A stretch of DNA of 64,000 bases from Solibacillus sp. (GCA_040274725.1 JBEMAQ010000012.1:18655-82654), one strand, 5' to 3'; numbered from the stretch's first letter, positions 27,501 through 35,660 are shown. The notes: generated from the letters alone by a model not told the origin. Made by a program: numbers and translations.

Positions 27501-27646
27501 GCGGCCTGATTTCAAAAGATTTAGCCATTACGGTAATTGGTGGTTTGTTCACATCGACGATTTTGACGCTTATTGTTGTGCCGATTGTGTATGAGATTTT
27601 ATCGAAGCTGTTGAAGAAAAATCGGATGGATGTGGAGGACAATTAA
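24566..27646 (+). CDS. RND-superfamily efflux transporter (AcrB/SwrC-like)
   Basis: About 1026 aa with the 12-TM, two-large-loop layout. GTG 24566 is preferred (RBS aaaggggtgg). The track start is 24557. Confidence 0.85.
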   Translation: MNGLVNFVLKNKLAVWLLTIIITVFGIYSGTRMKMESIPNISIPYLIVMGVYPGATPERVMDELSVPLEKAVEGLEDVKAVFSTSSPNVSQLQVEYEYGVDMDEKKRQLQSAIDSVTLPDEVAEPSVMAISLNMMPVLALSVSSTEEDIVELTSTVEDVLVPKIEKLDGVSSATITGQHIEQVTFTYDAEKMEQLGLTEEDVQQMVEASNLGVSLGLYDFVVGKEAVSIDGKLGSVEELRELLIPVTPTAAQPSPFARLGDIAQIEVKGLVQSVSRTNGKDAIAIQIVKGQQANTVTVVDAVKDLIAEEQQMSGLNIDVTLDQGQPIKDSVFTMMEKALFGGLIAIIIILIFLRDFKSTIISVISIPVSICLALILLNWLDITLNIMTIGAMTVAIGRVIDDSIVVVENIYRRIHLKDEKLEGRALIREATIEMFKPILSSTLVTVAVFTPLIFVGGMVGELFLPFALTMTFALGASLLVAITIVPALSHTLFKKKLYGDKPESQHQGVGKLAQFYRSFLEKCLNRKWITSLIAIVLLAGSLALTPLIGFSFLGSMEEKTMYLTYTPKTGELMTDTEKNIEAVESEMLARGDIDMVQVSINDPDNVDPSAMMMGGRANGALMYLIFDPDMENFPEVRDDITEYITTLDQTGTWKTQEFSMGMGGSDVSYTLYSEDLDDLASAAKDVEAVLQTIQGLEDVTSDFEDAYVEHILVVDQQNVLQYGLTTAQILMALAESQAKEVLTTVQHDGDEIEVIVERGVRATMTSIDDILAIEIDTAVGPMEIGELVEVKKGTTLNSLARSEGEYYTTVKGKITEQDISKVTAAADEKMAELDLPKGVTTGVSGVAADMEETFTKLGVAMIAAIAIVYFILVVTFGEGLAPFAILFSLPFAVIGAWVGLFLTNQTISVSVLMGLLMLIGIVVTNAIVLVDRIIQMEHAGLTMREAILEAGATRLRPILMTAIATMGAMLPMAFGAGGGGLISKDLAITVIGGLFTSTILTLIVVPIVYEILSKLLKKNRMDVEDN

Positions 27647-27649
27647 GGG

Positions 27650-27685
27650 AGAGGTGGTAGCGCGTGCGCTACCACCTCTTTTTTA
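27650..27685. terminator. bidirectional terminator
   Basis: gaggtggtagcgc-gt-gcgctaccacctc, followed by T6. It overlaps the stop of the convergent MFS gene. Confidence 0.85.
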
Positions 27686-28852
27686 CGATTGAAACCGCTT
27701 AAACCGTACCATATACACAATCCCAATCGCCGGACCAACCGCTAAAAAGCTAAACACCCACTGCCAGCCGACGATTTGCTGAAGTAATGGAATGAGATTG
27801 ATTGACACAATCGTTAATAAAAAGCCGAGGCACATTTGAAAGGTGAGCGCGGTACCGACATACGCCTCGTCGGCCGCCTCTGCCACCGCGGCAGAATACT
27901 GCGCGGAATCGGCAATAATGGAGACGCCCCAAGTGATGGCAAACACGATTGTCAAGGCCCACTGACCACCAAATGTAAAGCCAATGCTAACCGCACAAAT
28001 GCCGCTAATAATCATAGAGAGAATCGTGACATTCGCTCGTCCGATTTTGTCTGATAAAAGGCCACCTACTACACAGCCAATCGCGCCGGCAATACCAATG
28101 GTAATAAATGACCATATCGCAATAAACTGCGCCGAGGCGATTGGGTGGCTTGCGGCAAAAAATACCGGAATCCACGTCCACATGGCGTAAAGCTCCCACA
28201 CATGACCTAAATAGCCGTAGTTGGCAAGCATTATGCGCTTATTTTTCACAACGTCCTTTAAATGACTGAGTGAAAAGGGCGTTTTTGGTGCGGTGTGTGG
28301 TGCATCCTTTAATAAAAACTGCATAATCATTGCCGCAAGTAAGGCAAGCACCGAGCTACTAATGACGATTATTTGCCAGTCAACGTTACTCGTAAATCCT
28401 CGAATGAGATGTGGGAAGGCCGAGCCAATTGTTAGTGCCGCGATTAGTATGCCCAGTGCCGTTCCGCGCCGCTGCGGAAACCACCCAGCAAGTAGCTTGA
28501 CGGCAACCGGGTACACGCCGGCAAGCACGATGCCTGTGAGGACGCGGATGGTGATGCCAGCTAGAGCGGAATCCGTAAAGAGTAGCAGGCAGTTAATCAC
28601 TGCGCCTAGAAGTGCGGACAATGCAAAAATCGTACGCGCATTAAAGCGGTCTGCAAGCCCGAAGAGTGCACTACAAAATGCGCCGATGACAAAGCCCGCA
28701 GGTACCGCCGCCGATAGCCACGCTTTTATGGAATCCGCTACCCTCCAACGCAGTACGAGCTCATCCGCAATAACAGACGCACTAAACCACAAGCTGAGTG
28801 CGCATAAAATAGCAGTACTAATGAACAACAGTGCTCTCCAACGTCCGACCAT
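27683..28852 (-). CDS. MFS transporter
   Basis: 389 aa, 12 TM. Motif-A-like LADRFNAR loop. Confidence 0.8.
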   Translation of the reverse strand: MVGRWRALLFISTAILCALSLWFSASVIADELVLRWRVADSIKAWLSAAVPAGFVIGAFCSALFGLADRFNARTIFALSALLGAVINCLLLFTDSALAGITIRVLTGIVLAGVYPVAVKLLAGWFPQRRGTALGILIAALTIGSAFPHLIRGFTSNVDWQIIVISSSVLALLAAMIMQFLLKDAPHTAPKTPFSLSHLKDVVKNKRIMLANYGYLGHVWELYAMWTWIPVFFAASHPIASAQFIAIWSFITIGIAGAIGCVVGGLLSDKIGRANVTILSMIISGICAVSIGFTFGGQWALTIVFAITWGVSIIADSAQYSAAVAEAADEAYVGTALTFQMCLGFLLTIVSINLIPLLQQIVGWQWVFSFLAVGPAIGIVYMVRFKRFQS

Positions 28853-28884
28853 CCGCTAACCTCCTTATGTTACTATTGATTAAA

Positions 28885-28913
28885 ATTGTAAAATTAATGA
28901 AAAGTTCTGTCAA
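28885..28913 (-). promoter_or_regulatory. sigma-A type promoter of the MFS gene
   Basis: On the minus strand: TTGACA (28913-28908), 17-nt spacer, TACAAT (28890-28885). Confidence 0.55.
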
Positions 28914-28977
28914 CAGACGGTGGAGATTTGTTCTTTTTATGGAAATTTGTATAGTGTAACAGCAGGGAGGTGTTAGC

Positions 28978-29103
28978 ATGTGGCAACAAAATTTAATCAT
29001 GGTACTTGCAGCAGTGCTTTGCTGGGGGCTCGTGATAGCCGCAATCATGTATACATACAAAAAGCAGCCAGACACGGTAAGATCATTCTTGCTTATCTCG
29101 TAG
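28978..29103 (+). CDS. 41-aa single-TM small protein (hypothetical)
   Basis: ATG 28978 follows cagggaggtg plus 5 nt. Product is MWQQNLIMVLAAVLCWGLVIAAIMYTYKKQPDTVRSFLLIS. Confidence 0.4.
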   Translation: MWQQNLIMVLAAVLCWGLVIAAIMYTYKKQPDTVRSFLLIS

Positions 29104-29216
29104 GACGGTCTTCATTTTCGCTTACATTTACTTATTATCCGCGCATTCAGTTGACACACTCATTTTTGTTAAAAGGAAGTGGGGCATTGCCTTTTCCTGA
29201 ACAGTGGAGCGAGATT

Positions 29217-29414
29217 ATGATAAACGTAAAAAAGTCAGCAGCACCACCAGCTAATTTTAGCTTCTTTTCGGAAGGAGTACCGGAAGAATTTACTTTTTGG
29301 GCAACATACGATGATGCCTTCCTTGAAGGGAGCGGCTCTACATATGTGACAGGTGAGGTGAAGTCGGGCGTGTCATTTTTTATGTATATGGATGACTGGC
29401 AGTTAGAGCAATAG
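29217..29414 (+). CDS. 65-aa hypothetical protein
   Basis: ATG 29217 follows tggagcgagatt. This is the distal part of the 144-aa track ORF. A terminator follows. Confidence 0.35.
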   Translation: MINVKKSAAPPANFSFFSEGVPEEFTFWATYDDAFLEGSGSTYVTGEVKSGVSFFMYMDDWQLEQ

Positions 29415-29458
29415 AAGGGGATATAGAGTACCTATAAAAATAAAGCTAGAAACGTAAG

Positions 29459-29495
29459 AAAGCCTGTTAAACAGCAAATGTTTAACAGGCTTTTC
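29459..29495. terminator. bidirectional terminator
   Basis: aagcctgttaaac (29460-29472) pairs with gtttaacaggctt (29480-29492). Confidence 0.8.
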
Positions 29496-29496
29496 C

Positions 29497-30495
29497 TCAC
29501 GTATACGCATTAAAAATCACATACCAAACGACCGAAAACACCACAAGTGCAAATACATGACGCCATTTATACATTTCAAGCATGCCGATAAACTCGCGCG
29601 TAAAGGCATTGGGCAAATAATAAAACGCAGTAGTTGAGCCGACGCCTTGTGCTGCGAGCCCGACTTTTTTGGCATAAAAGCCGCCGCGCAGCACGTGGAA
29701 ATTATTGGTAACGAAAATCCCCTTTGGCTGATTGAACCGCACGTCGATTAGCTTCTTCGAGAAAGCCATATTTTCAAGCGTCGTCGTGGATTTATCTTCC
29801 ATTAAAACATCCTCGTCGGGGACATTAAAATGATCATGAATATACTTTTTCATCGCAAATGCCTCGGACACATTTTCGTCATGTCCTTGCCCGCCGGATA
29901 CAATAATGAGCGGCCTGCACCCATATTTCGCGTATTGCTGCACCGCTTTTTTCAGGCGGCTTGCAAGAAGTGGTGGCACGCGGTCACCGATAATACCGGA
30001 CCCGAGCACGATGATATAATCCGGCGTATACAAAATGGGCCGATACACATAAAGACCAGCATACAGCACGGTCGCCGTATAAAATGCCGCAAAATAGCTA
30101 AAAATACCCGTTACATACAGTAAAAGTAGCTCAACAAAATGATTCATTGTCGTAAAGCTATACGAAAGTGTAAACAAAATCAGCATCGCAAGCGTCGCGA
30201 GTCCAATGAGCGCTACAAATAAATTGGACTTCTTCTTGCCCTCTTTTTCCATTAAATACTTACTGTTTGAAAACGTCAGGACACTAAACGTAAGCATGGT
30301 CGCCGGAACTAGCGCGAAAATCATAATAATTGACAATGTATAGGTCAAATCGTCACTAAAGTTTTCATTGAAAATAAACACATCGATGAAGTTCAATGCA
30401 AACGACAACAATAGCGCAATGACGACGTAAATATTGCTGTACCAGCGCGGCTCAATAATGACTAAAAATAGTAATAATGCAACAAGGACAAACAC
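29497..30495 (-). CDS. membrane-anchored DUF218 (YdcF/ElyC-type) protein
   Basis: About 5-6 N-terminal TM helices, then YIIVLGSG....PLLASRL..A......PLIIVSGGQG..E..SEAFAMKKY....VTNNFHVLR. This is the second DUF218 gene in the window. Confidence 0.75.
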   Translation of the reverse strand: MFVLVALLLFLVIIEPRWYSNIYVVIALLLSFALNFIDVFIFNENFSDDLTYTLSIIMIFALVPATMLTFSVLTFSNSKYLMEKEGKKKSNLFVALIGLATLAMLILFTLSYSFTTMNHFVELLLLYVTGIFSYFAAFYTATVLYAGLYVYRPILYTPDYIIVLGSGIIGDRVPPLLASRLKKAVQQYAKYGCRPLIIVSGGQGHDENVSEAFAMKKYIHDHFNVPDEDVLMEDKSTTTLENMAFSKKLIDVRFNQPKGIFVTNNFHVLRGGFYAKKVGLAAQGVGSTTAFYYLPNAFTREFIGMLEMYKWRHVFALVVFSVVWYVIFNAYT

Positions 30496-30696
30496 ACGCG
30501 CACCTCAATTCTCTCTATTTTTCCATTCTTTACCCATTATAAGCGATATGCCCACAGCTTTTGCAAAATTAACAGCGTTCACGACATTTCAAACGAATTT
30601 CACAAAATTGTCTCAAAGCTGTCATAGGAGTTTTCATTAAATTTCACAATTTGATTGTAAAGTAAAGGTGTACATAACGACTAGGAGGAATTTTAG

Positions 30697-31329
30697 ATGA
30701 AAAAGATCATAGCGATTTTACCGCTTGCGGCACTGTTATATGCATGCGGTGATCAACAAGCGGAGCCGGTAGAGCCAGCAACACCCGCAACAGAGGTCGT
30801 AGAAAAGGACATGAAGCCGGTTTATGTAGCGACCGCGGCGGAATGGGAAATTGATGAGCGCTTATCAGAGCCGACAGCGGATACGGTTTGTGAAATGTGT
30901 AATATGAAGGTGTATATGAAGAATGAGGAAATGGGCGTGTTCTCCGCGCAGGCAGTGAAACCAGACGGCAGCACCGCATTTTATGATGATATCGGCTGCT
31001 TACTAAATGCTGAGCTTGCGCAAAATCAAGTAAACGAAAAATTTGTACGCGATTATGTGACGCTGAACTGGATCAATGTAGAAGAAGCGACATTAGTTAA
31101 AACACAATTAAAATCCCCGATGAACTGGGGCTATATTTTCTTCAAATTTGAAGAGGATGCACAGACTTATATTGCGGAAAATCCCGGTGCGGTCATTGAA
31201 GAGCTTGACGTGGTGAAGCAGGCCGCAAAAGAGCGTCGTGAAAAGAAATTAGCGGAACAGGCAAAGCATAACGACCAAAACGGCGACATGCATGGTGATG
31301 CGCACGATGAAGAAGGGCACACACACTAA
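30697..31329 (+). CDS. nosL: NosL-like copper-chaperone lipoprotein with His/Asp-rich tail
   Basis: Lipobox LLYAC. Motifs CEMCNM and FYDDIGCL parallel the paralog at 32965. C-terminal tail KHNDQNGDMHGDAHDEEGHTH. Confidence 0.65.
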   Translation: MKKIIAILPLAALLYACGDQQAEPVEPATPATEVVEKDMKPVYVATAAEWEIDERLSEPTADTVCEMCNMKVYMKNEEMGVFSAQAVKPDGSTAFYDDIGCLLNAELAQNQVNEKFVRDYVTLNWINVEEATLVKTQLKSPMNWGYIFFKFEEDAQTYIAENPGAVIEELDVVKQAAKERREKKLAEQAKHNDQNGDMHGDAHDEEGHTH

Positions 31330-31332
31330 AAG

Positions 31333-31367
31333 AAAAGCTGTGTATCGAGTAGATACACGGCTTTTTC
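31333..31367 (+). terminator. Rho-independent terminator after the first nosL-like gene
   Basis: gctgtgtatc pairs with gatacacggc (one G-U pair), followed by T5. Confidence 0.7.
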
Positions 31368-31432
31368 AGAATTAAAGAAATTTTACATTTTCGCATTGTG
31401 AACAACTTAAGGCAAAGTCTATTTTACGTCCA

Positions 31433-31543
31433 GGCTAAAGCGCCAGCCCCTCGAGGTCGCTTCAATCCCTCGGGTGAAAGTAAAGAGCACACTTTCACTT
31501 CGGGCTTTCCAGCGCTTGTCGGGGCTGAGCAGGCGCTTTAGCC
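31433..31543. repeat. 111-bp GC-rich long imperfect hairpin (dispersed-repeat class)
   Basis: Ends ggctaaagcgcc (31433-31444) and ggcgctttagcc (31532-31543) are exact complements. Nested pairs agcccc/ggggct and gaaagt/actttc lie inside. Confidence 0.7.
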
Positions 31544-31645
31544 TTTTGCTTGTGTGATTCACAAACCTGTCAAATGAATTTCAACTAGATTTCACATTTG
31601 CGTCGTACAATAAATGTAAATTTTAATACCTTTGGGGGTTTGATA

Positions 31646-32968
31646 ATGAGGCCATTACGATGGATAATCGCGCTTTTCCTCACACTACAATTTGCTATTC
31701 CTGTTAGCGCGATGCAGCATGATCACGGAGAGATGCCTAGTTTCAAGCCGGTTATAATTGATCCGAATAAAAAAAGCGAGCTGCAAACATTAATTAACGA
31801 CACGCCCGTTGGAGGTGTGCTGCAGCTAGAGGATAAAGTATACCGCGGCGTGATTCAAATTACGAAGCCGATTACGATTCGCGGGACAGCGGAGACACAA
31901 ATTTATTCGCTGTCGACCATCTTTAGTATGACGGATACGGAGAATGTCACGCTTGAAAACGTTACGTTAAAGGCGGACGAACTCGCTGTTATTGCAACGA
32001 ATGTCAAAAATCTTACGTTCTCCAATGTACGTATTGAGGAGGCAAACGGTGGCATTCAAATTTTTAATAGTGAAAATATCACGTTTGATCACCTGACAAT
32101 TAGCGGACCGGGTGGGCATTTTTCAACGAAGGAAAACGCCGTTGCGATTTACGAGTCGAAGCAGGTGACGATGACAAATAACGACATTTGGGATGTGCTA
32201 GACGGCTTTTATTTGGAAAGTGTGAAGGGCATTACCGGTAGCGGCAATACGATTACCGACAGCCGCTATGGTTTTCATATGATGTATAGCGACGATAGCA
32301 AGCTCCACAATAATACACTGATGAATAATATGACCGGGCTCATGATTATGATTGCAAAAAACGTCGAGCTGACAGACAACAAAATTCTACGTCAGCGTTC
32401 GCTAAATAGTCTTGGTGTGTATTTATATGACGTGGAAAATGTGGCGTTTCGCGGCAATGCGATGACGGAAAACACGACGGCAATGGACATTCAGCAGGCG
32501 CGCGCGCTCATTATTGAGGACAATGTATTTACGACAAATGGCACGGTGTTTCAGGTGAAACGAAGCGAGACCGCGCTTATTACGAATAATGAATTGAATG
32601 CTAATATTTTAACGGTGCGCACGGATCATCAAGGTGTGCAGCTTGTGCGCAATATGTACGATGACTATACGGGCGATGATTTTGATAAAAATGGCATTGG
32701 TGACACATCGCATATCGCAGCGAATGCGTTCGGTCAATGGATGGTGAAAAAGCCGGTGTACCAATATTTTATGGAGTCGCCGAGCGTCGTGACGTTAAAT
32801 TTGATGGAAACGGACATCACAGATACGAAAAACCAGCTCGTCTTGGATGCTGAGCCAGTCGTGAAAGTGAGTACGCGCGTTCTACAGCTTGACGTGCAGC
32901 CGGTGCAACTCGCAGTGAGTGGCGCGGCATTAATTGGTTTACTTATGTTAAGGAGGAAATGGAAATGA
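31646..32968 (+). CDS. nosD: NosD-like parallel beta-helix protein (secreted, C-terminal TM anchor)
   Basis: ATG 31646 follows tttggggg. Signal peptide MRPLRWIIALFLTLQFAIPVSA. Repeated N-x-I/L-x-N beta-helix turns (ITDSRYGFHMMYSDDSKLHNNTLMNNMTGLMIM). C-terminal AALIGLLMLRRKWK. Confidence 0.7.
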   Translation: MRPLRWIIALFLTLQFAIPVSAMQHDHGEMPSFKPVIIDPNKKSELQTLINDTPVGGVLQLEDKVYRGVIQITKPITIRGTAETQIYSLSTIFSMTDTENVTLENVTLKADELAVIATNVKNLTFSNVRIEEANGGIQIFNSENITFDHLTISGPGGHFSTKENAVAIYESKQVTMTNNDIWDVLDGFYLESVKGITGSGNTITDSRYGFHMMYSDDSKLHNNTLMNNMTGLMIMIAKNVELTDNKILRQRSLNSLGVYLYDVENVAFRGNAMTENTTAMDIQQARALIIEDNVFTTNGTVFQVKRSETALITNNELNANILTVRTDHQGVQLVRNMYDDYTGDDFDKNGIGDTSHIAANAFGQWMVKKPVYQYFMESPSVVTLNLMETDITDTKNQLVLDAEPVVKVSTRVLQLDVQPVQLAVSGAALIGLLMLRRKWK

Positions 32969-33420
32969 AGCAACTAAAATTAACGTTATTATTTTGTACA
33001 GCCTTATTACTCGCAGCGTGCGGCGGAGATTTAGAGCCGCGCGAGGTCAATTCAGAAACCGATGTGTGCATTATGTGTAATATGAGCGTCACGCATATTG
33101 ACTATGCCGCGCAAATCGTCAAGAAAAACGGCGACCATCTTATTTTTGATGACTTAGGCTGCTTAATGGAATACATCCATGAATACGGCGAAGATGAAAT
33201 TGGGGCGAGCTATATTATGGAAACGGATTCTCCAAACTGGCTGAACGTCAAAGAAGCGGTGTATGTGTATGCAAAGGATTACTGGACACCGATGAACTAC
33301 GGCGTCTTAGCGTTTGCGACAACAGAAGCGGCCAAAAGCTATATGAGCGAGCAGCCAGGGGAGCTACTGGCGTATGAGGATTTACTAACATTTAACTGGG
33401 GAGTGCACGCACACGAATGA
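32965..33420 (+). CDS. nosL: NosL-like lipoprotein, second copy
   Basis: ATG 32965 overlaps the nosD-like TGA (ATGA). Lipobox LLAAC. Motifs CIMCNM and FDDLGCL. Confidence 0.7.
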   Translation: MKQLKLTLLFCTALLLAACGGDLEPREVNSETDVCIMCNMSVTHIDYAAQIVKKNGDHLIFDDLGCLMEYIHEYGEDEIGASYIMETDSPNWLNVKEAVYVYAKDYWTPMNYGVLAFATTEAAKSYMSEQPGELLAYEDLLTFNWGVHAHE

Positions 33421-34226
33421 GCATTCAAATGATTCTCCTCGAAAGCAAGCAGCTGCTACGCAGTCGCTGGATTCAAATTGTGACACTGCTATTTGCGGTC
33501 GTGTTCACGTCGATTTTAATGATTCAGCATTTGGCGATGCCGGCAACCGGCTTCAATCGCCAAACCGCATCCCTGCTTAATATTTTACTGTTTTTACTAC
33601 CGCTTTTTATGCTGACAATTGGCAGCATGAATATCGCAAGTGACGTGGAGTCTGGCTGGCTTGGGCTGTTGCGCACGTATCCGCTACGCTTAGTAGAATA
33701 TGTCATGGCAAAATACATAGCCTTACTATTTATTTTTAGTGGCATGGTTGCCTTTGTCTTTGCTCTTTCCTTTTTCGTTGGGAGCTTTGTCGGCGGGTTG
33801 AAATTGCCAGGCTTTGCGATTTACATTACGCTATTTGCGCTATTTATTTTTAACGCGCTCAGTATTTTGATTGGTAGCCTTGCGAAAAGCCGCCTGCATG
33901 CTCTAGCGCTTGGGCTTGGAGTGTGGTCGTTTGTGACGCTACTGTTCTCGTATTTAATGATGGCGATTGGTACGGTCACGTCGGAAAATGTGCTGCAAAA
34001 GCTTGTCATCGTGTCTATTCATTTGAACCCACTTGAATGGATTCGCTACTGCTTCTTTGTATTTTCTGACCAAACCGCGGTGCTCGGCCCAGCGTTTTAC
34101 GGCATGTCTACATTTTACACCTCAGCAGTAGGCGGGCTGTTTATCGTGCTCATTTCTGGTTTCTGGGTAGTGCTCGCGCTAGTAGCCGCAACGATTACAT
34201 TAACGATTCGGGGGAAACGCGCATGA
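33417..34226 (+). CDS. nosY: ABC-2 type permease (NosY-like)
   Basis: ATGA overlap with the upstream gene. 269 aa, 6 TM. The assignment is by context with the NosD and NosF-like genes. Confidence 0.6.
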   Translation: MSIQMILLESKQLLRSRWIQIVTLLFAVVFTSILMIQHLAMPATGFNRQTASLLNILLFLLPLFMLTIGSMNIASDVESGWLGLLRTYPLRLVEYVMAKYIALLFIFSGMVAFVFALSFFVGSFVGGLKLPGFAIYITLFALFIFNALSILIGSLAKSRLHALALGLGVWSFVTLLFSYLMMAIGTVTSENVLQKLVIVSIHLNPLEWIRYCFFVFSDQTAVLGPAFYGMSTFYTSAVGGLFIVLISGFWVVLALVAATITLTIRGKRA

Positions 34227-34897
34227 CGATGCAAAACGTGACAAAAACCTTTAAAGGCGGCCGTGGTGTACGTGACATCTCCTTTACGCTCGAGGCGGGC
34301 CGCATTACCGCACTTGTCGGCTCAAACGGCGCCGGCAAAAGTACGATTATTAAGCTGTTAACGAACTTACTCAAGCCAGATAGCGGCGAGATTATGCTGC
34401 GTGACGTGCGTTTTATGCCGGATGATATCGCGTTCCCGGATACATTGACCGCCGAGGAAATTATTGCGTATTTAGGCAAATTAAAAAAAATTCCGCAAGC
34501 CGAGCAGCAGGCGATGCTTGAAAAAGTCGGGCTAGTTGAAGCAAAAAAATTAAAGGTCGGACAGTTTTCAAAAGGCATGCGCCAGCGTCTGAATTTAGCG
34601 CAAAGCTTAATGGGCACAGGCGAGCTGTTTATTTTAGACGAGCCGACAAATGGCCTCGATCCGTACTGGATTGCGCAGCTCAAGGCGCTTTTAGAGGCAG
34701 AGCGTGCGCGCGGGCAAATGATTTTGTTCTCGACGCATTTACTCAGTCTCGCTGAGGAAATTGCCGACCAGGTCATTATGATTCATCACGGTGAAATCAT
34801 TGCATCCGGCACAATTGTAGACCTACTTACCACAAACAACTGTAAGACGCTGGAGCAACTGTGGTTACAGTTGACGAAGCAGGAGGTGCAGTCGTGA
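34223..34897 (+). CDS. nosF: ABC transporter ATP-binding protein (NosF-like)
   Basis: ATGA overlap with the upstream gene. Walker A GSNGAGKST, signature FSKGMRQR, Walker B LFILDEP. Confidence 0.7.
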   Translation: MTMQNVTKTFKGGRGVRDISFTLEAGRITALVGSNGAGKSTIIKLLTNLLKPDSGEIMLRDVRFMPDDIAFPDTLTAEEIIAYLGKLKKIPQAEQQAMLEKVGLVEAKKLKVGQFSKGMRQRLNLAQSLMGTGELFILDEPTNGLDPYWIAQLKALLEAERARGQMILFSTHLLSLAEEIADQVIMIHHGEIIASGTIVDLLTTNNCKTLEQLWLQLTKQEVQS

Positions 34898-35406
34898 AAA
34901 AATGGCTACCGCGCCTAGTTGTTGCCGCGCTTCTTGTGATACTAATTGTGCAGTTCGTGCAGGAGGAGCCAAAGAAGGCACCTGCACAGGAGCCGCGCAC
35001 AATGCAGGCGACGGATTTTACGCTGCCGACTGTGGACGGCGAGCTGTCACTGCATGACCAGCGCGGCAAGGTAGTTATCCTGAACTTCTGGGCTTCGTGG
35101 TGCATCCCATGCCAAACCGAAATGCCGCATTTCCAGAAATTTTATGACGCACATCAAGACGACGTAGAAATTGTCGCGGTGAATTACACAAAAAAGGACG
35201 ACCGGGATGAGGCTGTGCAGTTTGCACGTGATCATAACTTAACGTTCCCAATTTTATTTGACGAAACGGGCGAGGTCAGTGAAATGTACGGTGCCTTTAC
35301 CATTCCGACAACGTATATTTTGAACCGTGATGGGGACATTGTGCATCAGTTTGCGGGGCCGCTGGATGTGGAGATGCTTAGGGAATATGTTGGAATTTTG
35401 TTTTAG
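34894..35406 (+). CDS. membrane-anchored thioredoxin-fold thiol:disulfide oxidoreductase (TlpA/ResA-like)
   Basis: GTG 34894 follows aggaggtg and overlaps the ATPase stop (GTGA). N-terminal TM helix. Redox motif WASWCIPC. Confidence 0.8.
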   Translation: MKKWLPRLVVAALLVILIVQFVQEEPKKAPAQEPRTMQATDFTLPTVDGELSLHDQRGKVVILNFWASWCIPCQTEMPHFQKFYDAHQDDVEIVAVNYTKKDDRDEAVQFARDHNLTFPILFDETGEVSEMYGAFTIPTTYILNRDGDIVHQFAGPLDVEMLREYVGILF

Positions 35407-35536
35407 TTGAAAATGGGTCCCAACAAATTAGATAATCTTCATTTTAAGGTTCTCCGTCAAATGTTGGGGTGCACTCGATTTGAGTTATCAAATCAGGTGC
35501 ACCTTTTTTGCACAGATTACGTTGATTTCCATTCTG

Positions 35537-35660
35537 GGTCGGACGCTTTCCGCGGGCACGGCTCCATCTAAATGTCTTCGGGATAGGTCCCGAAGACATT
35601 GGATATTCCGCACGTGCTGTTCCCGCAGGAGTCGCCTCCCCGCCATTCCAATCAACGCGC
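35537..35660. repeat. GC-rich structured repeat carried inside the IS, 3-prime of the transposase
   Basis: Contains a perfect 12-bp-stem hairpin, atgtcttcggga-tagg-tcccgaagacat (35572-35599), flanked by cgcgggcacg...cgtgctgttcccgcaggagtcgcctccccgccattccaatcaac. The tail motif cgccattcca recurs at 15738-15755. Confidence 0.55.

Noticed and set aside
24630-27642. Several 60-146-aa minus-strand ORFs inside the RND transporter gene (for example 26110-26550)
   Set aside because: All are antisense to one continuous 1026-codon gene, and none has translation signals or a recognisable fold.
28293-28859. 188-aa plus-strand ORF antisense to the MFS transporter
   Set aside because: It has an Ala/Ser/Arg-rich shadow-frame composition and no start signals, and it lies fully inside a confident 12-TM gene.
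28980-29414. 144-aa ORF from the track taken at face value
   Set aside because: Its GTG start has no RBS of its own and overlaps a much better-signalled ATG in another frame. I split it into two small candidate genes (see features and findings).
34195-34776. 193-aa ORF on the minus strand inside the ABC ATPase gene
   Set aside because: It is the typical shadow ORF antisense to an ABC ATPase (..LLPAPFEPTSA..). It has no RBS and lies wholly within a well-supported gene.
30697-35406. Calling this a nitrous-oxide reduction (nos) operon
   Set aside because: The catalytic gene nosZ and the electron-transfer genes are absent from the window. Only accessory-type genes are present, so I describe it as Nos-accessory-like with an unknown client.
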